From: Candidatus Woesearchaeota archaeon
Lineage (GTDB): Archaea > Nanobdellota > Nanobdellia > SCGC-AAA011-G17 > JACPIM01
Direction of reading: 5' to 3'
NCBI GenBank assembly: GCA_964584825.1
Contig: CAZPBI010000001.1
Location: 6,700 to 46,114 of the forward strand
Length of the DNA stretch: 39,415 nucleotides
The notes under the pieces are model-generated. The model ran no database searches and was not told where the DNA came from. It saw only the letters and a program-made list of their open reading frames with translations. Shown piece by piece: positions 8,584-16,892 of the stretch (position 1 is the first letter of the stretch; each line of letters begins with the position of its first letter). A program made the translations under genes and the position numbers.

Positions 8584-10413
8584 ATGAGAGATTCATTAAT
8601 TTTTATACTCACTATAATCCTTCTAAGTTCATACACCCTTGCCTACAACGTAACCTTAGTAAACCCAGAGAATAATGCAATATTTACAAACCCAGATTTT
8701 ATTAACTTTAAATGCTCCTCTGATATCCCTAATATGATACAACTACAATTACACTCCAATATAGATGGAGAATGGAGGAAACTTACACAAAAAGATGGCT
8801 CTCTAATTAAAAATGAAATCTATCAATTTTCTTTATTTAAATCAAGCACCAAATTTAATAGTGGCAAATTCGAATGGAATTGCAGAGCAGTTAGCGAGTC
8901 TGAAGGAGTGTTATGGTCACCCAGGAATAAAACCTTGGAAATACAAATCCTAAATGACCCGCCAATTTGTAATAGTACATTTCCACAAATAACATTACAA
9001 AAAAACACCCCTCAAAGTAATGTACTAAATTTAAATAATTACATCATCGATCCGAACAAAGACCAACTAAATTTCTCCTTTTCTGGTAACAATAATGTTG
9101 ATATTACCCTAAAAGATAACGGATTTATCGATCTCTCTCCACAGCAAGAAAGAATAGCAAAGGACAATATATATATTAGAGCAAATGATGGTAAAGGTAG
9201 TGATGTACAATGTGGCCCATTAACTGTTAATATAATAAGTACAGGTCCGCCTCCTCAAAATACAACCAATACTACAACCACAACAAACATACCCCCCAAA
9301 ATCAATCCTCAAATCCCAGATCAAACAAAAGAAGATGGTGTCTCTTACTGGGAAATTGATCTAGATGATTATGCTGAAGATGACAATAGCAAAGCAGAAT
9401 TAAACTGGACTATTGAAAATATTGGTACTGATGTAGTAAAAATTACAATAAATCAAATAAACCATAAAGTAAAATTTGAACCCTTAGGTAAAGGAACAGA
9501 CACAATTGCATTTGTTGTTACAGATCCAAAAGGATTATTTGACGATCAAGACGTTAAAATAACGATAACAAGCCAAAACCAAGATACAACCCAAGAAACT
9601 GATGATCAAAATCAAGATGAAGAAAACCTAAAAGAAGAATTGGGTGTTATCAAAATAATAAGCCACGTCCCAGGAAGTTCTGATCCAAAAATTGAAACTG
9701 GTTCTAGTTTACAATTCTCTGTTATAGTTAATGAACAAGATTATGAAATATTGTGGTTTGTTGATGGCAACCAAGTTAAAGAAGGGGATACAAATTTCAC
9801 ATTTATGCCAGAAGAAGCTAAGAAGTATAAGATTTCAGTATTAGTATCAAAAAATGGAAAAGATGACAATTACGAGTGGGAAGTAGACACTATAGAAAAG
9901 ATTAACGAAACATTAGATTTAGCACAAACACCCTGTGGTAATTTAATTATAGATGAAAATGAAACTTGTTCTTCTTGCCCAGAAGATGTAATTTGTAAAG
10001 ATAATGAAGAATGCATAAATGACAAATGCATTATAAAACAACAAGAAAACAAAATAACTGGACTCGGTATTAAAAATCTAAATACAACTAGTAAAATTGG
10101 CATGGGAGCTATTGGTGTTGTTATTATTTTATTTGTATTAATCATGATAATAAGAGCAAAGAATAAAAGAAAATCTAAAGATAGAAAATTAAGCAGTTTC
10201 GAACCAAAAATAAAAGAAGTTAAACCTAAAACAGAGCATGTCTTAAAAACCATTGAACAACATCATGTTCCTCAAGGTGTTGAGCATATAATAGGATTTA
10301 TTCAATCTGGATTGGCTAGTGGAGATTCACCAAGAAAAATAAAGAAAGCCTTAGCAACAGCTGGTTGGAATCGTAGACAGATAAGACAATCATTTAAAAG
10401 CATTAAGAAATGA
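8584..10413 (+). CDS. Large cell-surface protein: signal peptide, Ig/cadherin-like repeats, Cys-rich stalk, TM anchor, cytoplasmic tail
   Basis: Signal-like N-terminus and many N-x-S/T sequons. Two similar ~90-aa modules (PPICN...LTVNII and PPKINPQIPD...VKITI). Thr/Asn linker, Cys-rich block CGNLIIDENETCSSCPEDVICKDNEECINDKC, then TM GAIGVVIILFVLIMII followed by a basic tail. Confidence 0.65.
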   Translation: MRDSLIFILTIILLSSYTLAYNVTLVNPENNAIFTNPDFINFKCSSDIPNMIQLQLHSNIDGEWRKLTQKDGSLIKNEIYQFSLFKSSTKFNSGKFEWNCRAVSESEGVLWSPRNKTLEIQILNDPPICNSTFPQITLQKNTPQSNVLNLNNYIIDPNKDQLNFSFSGNNNVDITLKDNGFIDLSPQQERIAKDNIYIRANDGKGSDVQCGPLTVNIISTGPPPQNTTNTTTTTNIPPKINPQIPDQTKEDGVSYWEIDLDDYAEDDNSKAELNWTIENIGTDVVKITINQINHKVKFEPLGKGTDTIAFVVTDPKGLFDDQDVKITITSQNQDTTQETDDQNQDEENLKEELGVIKIISHVPGSSDPKIETGSSLQFSVIVNEQDYEILWFVDGNQVKEGDTNFTFMPEEAKKYKISVLVSKNGKDDNYEWEVDTIEKINETLDLAQTPCGNLIIDENETCSSCPEDVICKDNEECINDKCIIKQQENKITGLGIKNLNTTSKIGMGAIGVVIILFVLIMIIRAKNKRKSKDRKLSSFEPKIKEVKPKTEHVLKTIEQHHVPQGVEHIIGFIQSGLASGDSPRKIKKALATAGWNRRQIRQSFKSIKK

Positions 10414-10570
10414 AGATAAATAAGTATATAATAATACTCCACCATTGTTATTTTGATCTTAACAATATTTACAATTGATTTATGTTATAGCAAATAATAT
10501 ATTTAATTATGTTTACAATACAAGAAATGCTTTGGATAAACTTAAAAATGTATAAAAATTTGTTTTATGT

Positions 10571-11602
10571 ATGATACCACAAGAAGAATTAGACACATTA
10601 AAATTATATCTAGAAAAATCAGAAAAACCCTTGTTTTTGTTCGATGATGACAATGATGGTTTATGTAGTTATATTTTATTTAAACAATTCACAGGAAAGG
10701 GCATTGGTATCCCTATAAAAATACATCCTGCATTAGATGTTAATATGTTAAACAAAGTAGAGGAACACAAACCAGATTTTATTTTTGTTCTAGATAAACC
10801 ATTAATAACACAAGAATTTGTTGATAAAGCAAATATCCCTGTAATATGGTTAGATCATCATCCTTTAATAAAATTAAATAACGTAGAATATTTTAATCCA
10901 AAAAAATATAACAAAGACGAGGTAAGTTCCACAACATATTGGGCATATAAAGCTGTTAAAGGAAAATTATGGATAGCTATAATTGGAGCAGTCAGTGACT
11001 GGACTATCCCAGATTATTTTCAAGAATTTAAATTAAAATATAACGATCTAACTAATAATCAAACTAACCCCCCAGCCCTTCTTTACGATAGTAAACTAGG
11101 TAAATTATGTAAAATTTTATCATTTTGCCTGAAAGGAAGAACAAGTGAAGTTAATAGAAGGATTAAAGCTTTTTTAAATGTAGAAGAACCCTATGATATC
11201 CTTGAACAAAAAACAAAAGAAGGAAAATACCTATATAAAGAAAGTGAAAAAATAGGCAAACAGTATAATCAAATATTATTAAAAGCATTAAAAACAAAAA
11301 TCCAAAACAACTTATTTGTATTTTTGTACAATAGCGAAGATCTAAGCTTAACCTCCGATCTTAGTAATGAATTATTATATAAAAATCCAGGTAAAATAAT
11401 TCTTGTCGGAAGAAAAAAAGGAAATGAAGTTAGAATAAGCATAAGAAGCGACACTATTGAAATTAATAAAATAGTTGAAAAAGCCCTTGAAAATGTTACT
11501 GGCTATGGCGGTGGTCATAAATATGCAGTGGGTGCAAATATAAATGTAAATGATTTTGAGAAATTTGTAGAAAACATTAAAAAAAGAATTTCTCTAGAGT
11601 AG
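10571..11602 (+). CDS. DHH/DHHA1-family phosphoesterase (RecJ/NrnA-like)
   Basis: Motif I FDDDNDGLCS, motif III WLDHHP and the DHHA1 motif GYGGGHKYAVGA. Confidence 0.7.
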   Translation: MIPQEELDTLKLYLEKSEKPLFLFDDDNDGLCSYILFKQFTGKGIGIPIKIHPALDVNMLNKVEEHKPDFIFVLDKPLITQEFVDKANIPVIWLDHHPLIKLNNVEYFNPKKYNKDEVSSTTYWAYKAVKGKLWIAIIGAVSDWTIPDYFQEFKLKYNDLTNNQTNPPALLYDSKLGKLCKILSFCLKGRTSEVNRRIKAFLNVEEPYDILEQKTKEGKYLYKESEKIGKQYNQILLKALKTKIQNNLFVFLYNSEDLSLTSDLSNELLYKNPGKIILVGRKKGNEVRISIRSDTIEINKIVEKALENVTGYGGGHKYAVGANINVNDFEKFVENIKKRISLE

Positions 11603-11632
11603 TTACTAAATTATATAAAGATTAAATTAAAA

Positions 11633-11968
11633 ATGTATTATATGGCTCTAGGAAATTATTTCTTAATATCCCTAATTGCAATAAGTGCTTTATTGGTTGT
11701 ATTTATAATAATATTGCTAATTACAGGAAGAGGCAGTGCAGGCAAACAGGTGGCAGCTATGCTAAAACAAAATAAATCTTTTGAAGAAATCCTTGAGTAT
11801 GGAAAAAAGAAGAAATTGCAGGAAAGAGAGATAAAACTATATTTCCTCATTTATACCATGCAAGACTTTCTAAAAATAGGCTATAACCTAGATGAAATAG
11901 AAAGCATGGCCTTAGATAGCGGATGGCCAAATGATATAGTCCAAATTGTAATTAATAAATTAAGATAG
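11633..11968 (+). CDS. Single-pass membrane protein with a conserved C-terminal G-Y...GW helical module
   Basis: N-terminal TM (FLISLIAISALLVVFIIILLI). C-terminal FLKIGYNLDEIESMALDSGWPNDIVQIVI resembles the C-terminus of the 8584..10413 protein. Confidence 0.5.
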   Translation: MYYMALGNYFLISLIAISALLVVFIIILLITGRGSAGKQVAAMLKQNKSFEEILEYGKKKKLQEREIKLYFLIYTMQDFLKIGYNLDEIESMALDSGWPNDIVQIVINKLR

Positions 11969-11999
11969 ATTTTTATATTATAAATTTAATTTTCTGTAG

Positions 12000-13622
12000 A
12001 TGGAAGATTTAACCTGGAGATGTGCTTTGCAAAATGCTATCAAATATAACGGAAAAGCAACAGTTAATTCTGTCTTAGGTTTAGTATTTGCAATTGAAAA
12101 AAATATTGATAAGAAAAAGGTAATAGCCTTAGTAAACAAAATTGTTCCTGAAGTTAATAGACTAAGCTTAGAAGAACAAAAGAAAATATTAGAAAAATTA
12201 GGAGAAATCAAAAAGAAAAGAACTATATCTCGTGGTCCAGAATTAGAGAATGTTACAGGAAAAGTTGTCATGAGATTTGCACCTAATCCTAATGGAGCTA
12301 TGACTTTTGGACATGCTAGGGTTGCTTTGTGGAATTGGTTTTTTGTTCAAAAATATAAAGGCAAACTATTTCAGAGATTTGATGATACAGATCCAAGAAT
12401 TAAAGCCCCATTAAAAGAAGCATACAAATGGTTTATGGAAGATCTGAAATGGTTAGGAATTAAACCACATAAAACAGTTATACAAAGTAAAAGGTTGAAA
12501 ATTTATTATAAGTATGCTGAAGCATTAATAAAAAATGGCTTTGCATATGTTGATACTTTGTCTGCTGAAAAAATGAGGCAAATGTTACAAGATGGGATTA
12601 TTCCAGATGAAAGAAATGAAAATCCTGCTGAAGTAATGAAAAAATGGAAAAGAATGTTTACTAAATACAAAGACGGCAAAGCAATTTTAAGAATAAAAAC
12701 TGATATAGAACATCCTAATCCTGCTGTTAGAGACTGGGTTGCATTTAGAATAATAAGAAAGCATAAACATCCGCTAAGTAAAGCTACTGTATGGCCATTA
12801 TTGAATTTTTCTAGCGCTATAGACGACCATGATTTTAAAGTTACTCATATATTAAGAGGTTCTGATTTAGAAGTATCTGATGTCAGACAGAAATATATCT
12901 ATGATTATTTTGGATGGAAATATCCTTTAACAAAATATAATGGAAAATTATTTGTTTCTGGAATAAAAAGTACTACTGAGGCAAAGGAATTAATAGAAGA
13001 AGGCAAATTAACAGGATGGGATGATCCTAGACTGGGAACTTTGACAGCATTAAGAAAAAGAGGATTTCAAAGTAAAGCTATTGTAGATTTCATCAAGGAT
13101 ATTGGAATTGGAAAAAATGATGTAAATGTAAATATTTCAAGTTTGGAATCTTATAATAGAAATGTTATTGACAAAATAACCAACAGATATTTTTTTGTTG
13201 AGAATCCAAAGAAAATAAAAGTAAAATATAAAGAAAAAAATGTAATGGTACCATTACACCCAGATTTTCCTAACAGAGGATATAGAAAATTTAAAATTAG
13301 CAATGAATTTTATGTACAGGACAAATTATTATTAGATAAAACTTACAGATTCATGCATTTATTTTATTTAAAGAACAATGAAGTTATTAAAGATGAATAC
13401 GACCCCGGATTAAAAGTACAAGCGGTTCATTGGTTACCTGTTTCTAAGAATTTAGTTAATGCTGAAATTATAATGCCAGATAATTCGGTAAAGAAGGGTT
13501 TGGGTGAGAATAGTTTAAGAAAATTAAAAGTAAATTCAGTAATACAGTTTGAAAGAATAGGTTTCGCTAGGTATGATAAAAAATTAAAAAATAAAATGAT
13601 ATTTTATTTTGCTCATAGATAA
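12000..13622 (+). CDS. gltX: Glutamyl-tRNA synthetase, archaeal/eukaryotic type
   Basis: Class I HIGH region RFAPNPNGAMTFGHAR, downstream GWDDPRLGTLTALRKRGF, and an N-terminal helical domain (ALQNAIKYNGKA) typical of archaeal GluRS. Confidence 0.85.
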   Translation: MEDLTWRCALQNAIKYNGKATVNSVLGLVFAIEKNIDKKKVIALVNKIVPEVNRLSLEEQKKILEKLGEIKKKRTISRGPELENVTGKVVMRFAPNPNGAMTFGHARVALWNWFFVQKYKGKLFQRFDDTDPRIKAPLKEAYKWFMEDLKWLGIKPHKTVIQSKRLKIYYKYAEALIKNGFAYVDTLSAEKMRQMLQDGIIPDERNENPAEVMKKWKRMFTKYKDGKAILRIKTDIEHPNPAVRDWVAFRIIRKHKHPLSKATVWPLLNFSSAIDDHDFKVTHILRGSDLEVSDVRQKYIYDYFGWKYPLTKYNGKLFVSGIKSTTEAKELIEEGKLTGWDDPRLGTLTALRKRGFQSKAIVDFIKDIGIGKNDVNVNISSLESYNRNVIDKITNRYFFVENPKKIKVKYKEKNVMVPLHPDFPNRGYRKFKISNEFYVQDKLLLDKTYRFMHLFYLKNNEVIKDEYDPGLKVQAVHWLPVSKNLVNAEIIMPDNSVKKGLGENSLRKLKVNSVIQFERIGFARYDKKLKNKMIFYFAHR

Positions 13623-13689
13623 TGGTAAAGTTTTTAGTTTTAGGCAATTTGCATGGAAAAATGCCTTATGCTTATAATAGTGGGCATGG

Positions 13690-13718
13690 ATTGTAGAGTC
13701 CTATTATTATTTCGCATT
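13690..13718. repeat. IS left terminal inverted repeat
   Basis: ATTGTAGAGTCCTATTATTATTTCGCATT compared with the reverse complement of 14638..14666, AATGTAGAGCCCGGAAATTATTTCGCATT. Confidence 0.7.
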
Positions 13719-13728
13719 TTCATCTGAT

Positions 13729-14607
13729 TCATTTGAACATCAATCCTAGTAAACTTTCCGGTCTCATCTTCCTTTGAAAAGTTTCATTTGGTGTTTCTGC
13801 CCACTCTAGTTTTAAGGCTCCGCGAAGTCTATTATTGTACCAATTAATCCATTCATTTAATGTAGAAAATCTCCATCTGTGTTTATCATATTCGTACCAT
13901 AATCGTTCAAGTTTTCCATTCGTTTGAGGGTTCTTTACTCGTGAGAAAATAATCTTTATTCCTTGCTTCTTGGTAAATCTTTGATATGTAATAGCCGTAA
14001 AGGTTGTATCATGATCTGCATTAATTGCATGAATAAGAACATTCATATGTGATGCTTCATTTACTGCTGCAGTAGCTATTTCAACTGCTCTTTTTGCACT
14101 CATCCTATTAGATTCCTGTCCTGCAAGAATCTTTCTAGATGCATCATCTTCATAGAGGATACAGTATGGGTGTTTGATACTCGTCCTATGCCAATCTGTG
14201 TGTAATAGACTTCCTGAATGTTTTCTTTCGTATCTACACCTCTTCCGTTTCTTCTGTTTCTTCATATTGGGAATCACTTTGCCTTTCTCTTTCAAGTATT
14301 CATAGAGCTTATTCTTTGCAACTAGAGTCCCTCTTCTCTTGAGTTCAAAGTAGAGTAATCGTGGACTCAGAAACGTTTCCTGAAATGCGTGGTCTGTATT
14401 TTCCTTCTGTTCCTCAGAGATAAAGGTTTTTGGTCTTCTCCCTCGCTTTAATTCCAACATAGTGCCTTTTTCCCTGAAATGTTTCACCATCTGTTGGACT
14501 CTCCTTGTGCTGAGATCATAGACAGAAGCCACATCTGATGGATTTTTTCCATATTTTATGACTTGCCTGGTAAGCTATTTGATTCTCCTCTTGTTGAGTT
14601 TTGTCAT
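13729..14607 (-). pseudogene. DDE (rve-domain) transposase interrupted by an in-frame TAG at codon 11
   Basis: ATG at 14605-14607 gives MTKLNKRRIK, then TAG (14575-14577), then the same frame continues LTRQVIKYGKNPSDVASVYDLSTRRVQQMV... into track ORF 13729..14532. Catalytic-core motifs are LLHTDWH, NADHDTTF and PQTNGKLER. A single change TAG->TGG would restore Trp. Confidence 0.6.
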
Positions 14608-14637
14608 ACAAAGGAAGGAGAATTCACTTATAAAACT

Positions 14638-14666
14638 AATGCGAAATAATTTCCGGGCTCTACATT
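14638..14666. repeat. IS right terminal inverted repeat
   Basis: AATGCGAAATAATTTCCGGGCTCTACATT is the reverse-complement partner of 13690..13718. Confidence 0.7.
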
Positions 14667-14744
14667 ATAAAAATTTAGCAGAAACCTTTAAAAAGTTAAT
14701 TGTGGGTTTTTAACATATCGATGAAAACCTCAGGAGGGTTTAAG

Positions 14745-15080
14745 ATGTCATTAAACAAAGAATCTTCAAAAGAATCAATAGAAAAAGCTTACGAAGCCAT
14801 TGAGATCGCTAAAAAAACTGGCAAAATAAAGAAAGGAATAAATGAAGTAACTAAAATAATAGAAAGAGGACAAGCCAAGTTAGTCATAATTGCTAAAGAT
14901 ACTAATCCTCAGGAAATAATAATGCATATTCCTCTATTATGCGAAGAAAAAGAAACAAAATATGTAATAGTCCCTAGTAAAGAAGACTTGGGTGCTGCTG
15001 CAGGCCTACAAGTTCCTACAAGCGCAGTAGCTATAATACAAGAAGGGGATGCTAAAGATATAATAAAATCCATAAAATAA
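14745..15080 (+). CDS. rpl7ae: 50S ribosomal protein L7Ae (K-turn binding)
   Basis: [31 protein letters not shown]...[22 protein letters not shown] is the classic L7Ae sequence. I place the start at ATG 14745, 7 nt after GGAGGG (14733-14738), not at the track TTG at 14700. Confidence 0.9.
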   Translation: MSLNKESSKESIEKAYEAIEIAKKTGKIKKGINEVTKIIERGQAKLVIIAKDTNPQEIIMHIPLLCEEKETKYVIVPSKEDLGAAAGLQVPTSAVAIIQEGDAKDIIKSIK

Positions 15081-15081
15081 A

Positions 15082-15348
15082 ATGCCTCAAAAATTAAAAG
15101 TTGAAAAAAAAGAAGGAGTTTCTATTAAAACAATTTTTACTCAAGCAACACCTGCAAGAGTAGAGGATATTATGGGAAGAACAGGTAACAGAGGAGAAGT
15201 AACACAAGTTAGAGCAAGAGTACTTGAAGGCAGGGATAAAAGTAAAATATTAAGAAGAAATGTTAAAGGCCCTGTAAGAATTGGAGATTATTTAATGCTG
15301 AGAGAAACTGAAATAGAAGCAAGAAAATTAACCCAAGGAAGAAGATAA
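15082..15348 (+). CDS. rps28e: 30S ribosomal protein S28e
   Basis: [59 protein letters not shown]. It begins 2 nt after the L7Ae stop and is about 17 aa longer at the N-terminus than typical. Confidence 0.9.
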   Translation: MPQKLKVEKKEGVSIKTIFTQATPARVEDIMGRTGNRGEVTQVRARVLEGRDKSKILRRNVKGPVRIGDYLMLRETEIEARKLTQGRR

Positions 15349-15525
15349 ATGGTTAAATGTACTTTTTGTGGTAATGATATACCAAAGGGAACTGGAATGA
15401 TTTATGTTTTTAAAAGTGGGAAGATTGCAAATTTTTGTTCTAGTAAATGTAGAAAAAATCAATTGAAATTAAAAAGAAAAGCCATTCATTTAAAGTGGAC
15501 TGCGAGGTATATAAAGAATACTTGA
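15349..15525 (+). CDS. rpl24e: 50S ribosomal protein L24e (not in the ORF track; 58 aa)
   Basis: The ATG directly follows the S28e TAA. The translation is MVKCTFCGNDIPKGTGMIYVFKSGKIANFCSSKCRKNQLKLKRKAIHLKWTARYIKNT. It has the C..C...C..C zinc ribbon and completes the conserved archaeal L7Ae-S28e-L24e gene order. Confidence 0.85.
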   Translation: MVKCTFCGNDIPKGTGMIYVFKSGKIANFCSSKCRKNQLKLKRKAIHLKWTARYIKNT

Positions 15526-15628
15526 ATATTATTATACTTTGATATGCTATTTATTGGAATATATTAAACTTTAATCTAAAGAAATATTAATAAATCATAA
15601 TTTTCCTAATTTTTATAGAGGTGATCTT

Positions 15629-15961
15629 TTGGCAAAACAATGGGACCCTATTGATGAAATATTAAAGATTCACAAAAGTATTAATGAAAACCTAAGTAGG
15701 GCATTTAAATCTTACAGAAAACCCCATTCTCATATTTCTCATTCTTCAAAATTAGTAGTTGTGGAAATAAAATTACCTGGAATAAATAAAAAAGATGTGA
15801 AGCTCCACATAGACCCTAAATCAATAATTATAAAAACAGAAAAAAAAGAAGATAATACATATTTCAGAAAGATTTTATTATCCCCTGGTTTAGATGTTAA
15901 AAAATGTAAAATTAGATTCTATAACAGCAAATTATTAATTAAAATTCCTAAGAAAAAATAA
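15629..15961 (+). CDS. Small heat-shock protein (Hsp20/alpha-crystallin domain)
   Basis: VVVEIKLPGINKKDVKLHIDPKSIIIKTEKKE...FYNSKLLIKIPKK is an ACD pattern. TTG start is preceded by GAGGTGATC (15618-15626), complementary to the 16S 3' end. Confidence 0.65.
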   Translation: MAKQWDPIDEILKIHKSINENLSRAFKSYRKPHSHISHSSKLVVVEIKLPGINKKDVKLHIDPKSIIIKTEKKEDNTYFRKILLSPGLDVKKCKIRFYNSKLLIKIPKKK

Positions 15962-16384
15962 GTGATTTATATGAGAGATGAAGATTGGTTAGCAACATTG
16001 TTTCATAAAATATGGGAAGAAAAATTCTCTGATGTTAAAAAAAGGAATAATGTCCTTATTAGATGGAAAGGAAAATGGAAAAATAAATTTGGGCATATAA
16101 AGAGATTAAAAAATAAAGATACAGAAATTGGGATTAATTCATTCTTCAAAAATGAAAAAATACCCGAGTATATAATAGAATTAACAATAGCACATGAATT
16201 AGTTCATTATGTACACGGATTTCATAGTCCTTATCCAAAGTTATTTAAGCATCCCCATAAAGGAGGTATTGTAAATAAAGAACTTAAAATTAGAGGCTAC
16301 GGTAATTTACTAAAAAAAGAAAAAATATGGTTTAAAGAAGAATGGAGTAAAATTTTACTAAATAAACTGGTAGAATTAAAGTGA
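15962..16384 (+). CDS. Putative zinc metallopeptidase (HExxH; SprT/DUF45-like)
   Basis: IAHELVHYVHGFH motif in a 140-aa soluble protein. Starts immediately after the hsp20 stop (GTG 15962 or ATG 15971). Confidence 0.4.
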   Translation: MIYMRDEDWLATLFHKIWEEKFSDVKKRNNVLIRWKGKWKNKFGHIKRLKNKDTEIGINSFFKNEKIPEYIIELTIAHELVHYVHGFHSPYPKLFKHPHKGGIVNKELKIRGYGNLLKKEKIWFKEEWSKILLNKLVELK

Positions 16385-16453
16385 GATATTTAAAAAGCGG
16401 TTTGGGGCTATTTTAATAATAATTCTAATAAAACGTTTTAGTCATTTTTGAAA

Positions 16454-16750
16454 TCATTTAAATGGGTATCTTTTAATAAACCCGCAGTTATTACAATGAA
16501 AAATTAAGACTTTGTGTTTAACCCTAGTTCTTAATGTTTTCCCAGGCTGTAAAAATTTATAACATTTTTTACAAAATAATTTTTTATATTCTTTCTTAAA
16601 GGGAACCTTATATTTCATTGATAATTTTCTTGCTAATACTACATATCTATCTGATAAACTCGGATTTTTCTTGAATTTTTTTTTAGCTTCTTGAAATAAT
16701 ATAGTTATTCTCTCGCTTGCTATTTTTCTTTGTTCTTTTTTCGATAACAT
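16454..16750 (-). CDS. rnp4: RNase P protein component 4 (Rpp21/Rnp4)
   Basis: N-terminal helices (IASERITILFQEAKK...SDRYVVLARKLSMKY) and a C-terminal zinc ribbon (CKKCYKFLQPG...FHCNNCG). Confidence 0.8.
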   Translation of the reverse strand: MLSKKEQRKIASERITILFQEAKKKFKKNPSLSDRYVVLARKLSMKYKVPFKKEYKKLFCKKCYKFLQPGKTLRTRVKHKVLIFHCNNCGFIKRYPFK

Positions 16751-16892
16751 ATTTAATTACAATATTATAAGAAAACATAATAAAAACCATTCTTATAAAG
16801 TTAATTACTAAAAGCTATCCTTAAGATCATATCAAAACCTTTTAAAATCATAAAAACAAACAAAATAAATAAAGATGAGGTTTTAAAGATTA

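Larger units (their letters stand above)
13690..14666 (-). mobile_element. IS element, IS481-like (single rve/DDE transposase, TGT...ACA termini)
   Basis: Bounded by imperfect 29-bp inverted repeats (23/29 matches by my alignment). Contains one DDE transposase frame. Visibly higher GC than the flanks. No clear target-site duplication. Confidence 0.7.

Noticed and set aside
8584-10413. Diversity-generating retroelement target in the large surface protein. DGRs are reported in DPANN archaea.
   Set aside because: No reverse transcriptase gene and no template/variable repeat pair are evident anywhere in the window.
14575-14577. The in-frame TAG in the transposase as pyrrolysine or programmed readthrough.
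   Set aside because: No pyl genes or PYLIS-like context are visible. TAG ends ordinary genes here, for example the rhomboid gene at 1066-1068. A single TGG->TAG nonsense mutation is the simpler explanation.
14704-14745. Possible K-turn autoregulatory element in the L7Ae leader: hairpin GGTTTT-13 nt-AAAACC with GATGA on the 3' side.
   Set aside because: I could not place the tandem G.A/A.G pairs and the 3-nt bulge in the required geometry. There is only a simple hairpin next to the Shine-Dalgarno. It is not supportable without folding or covariation.
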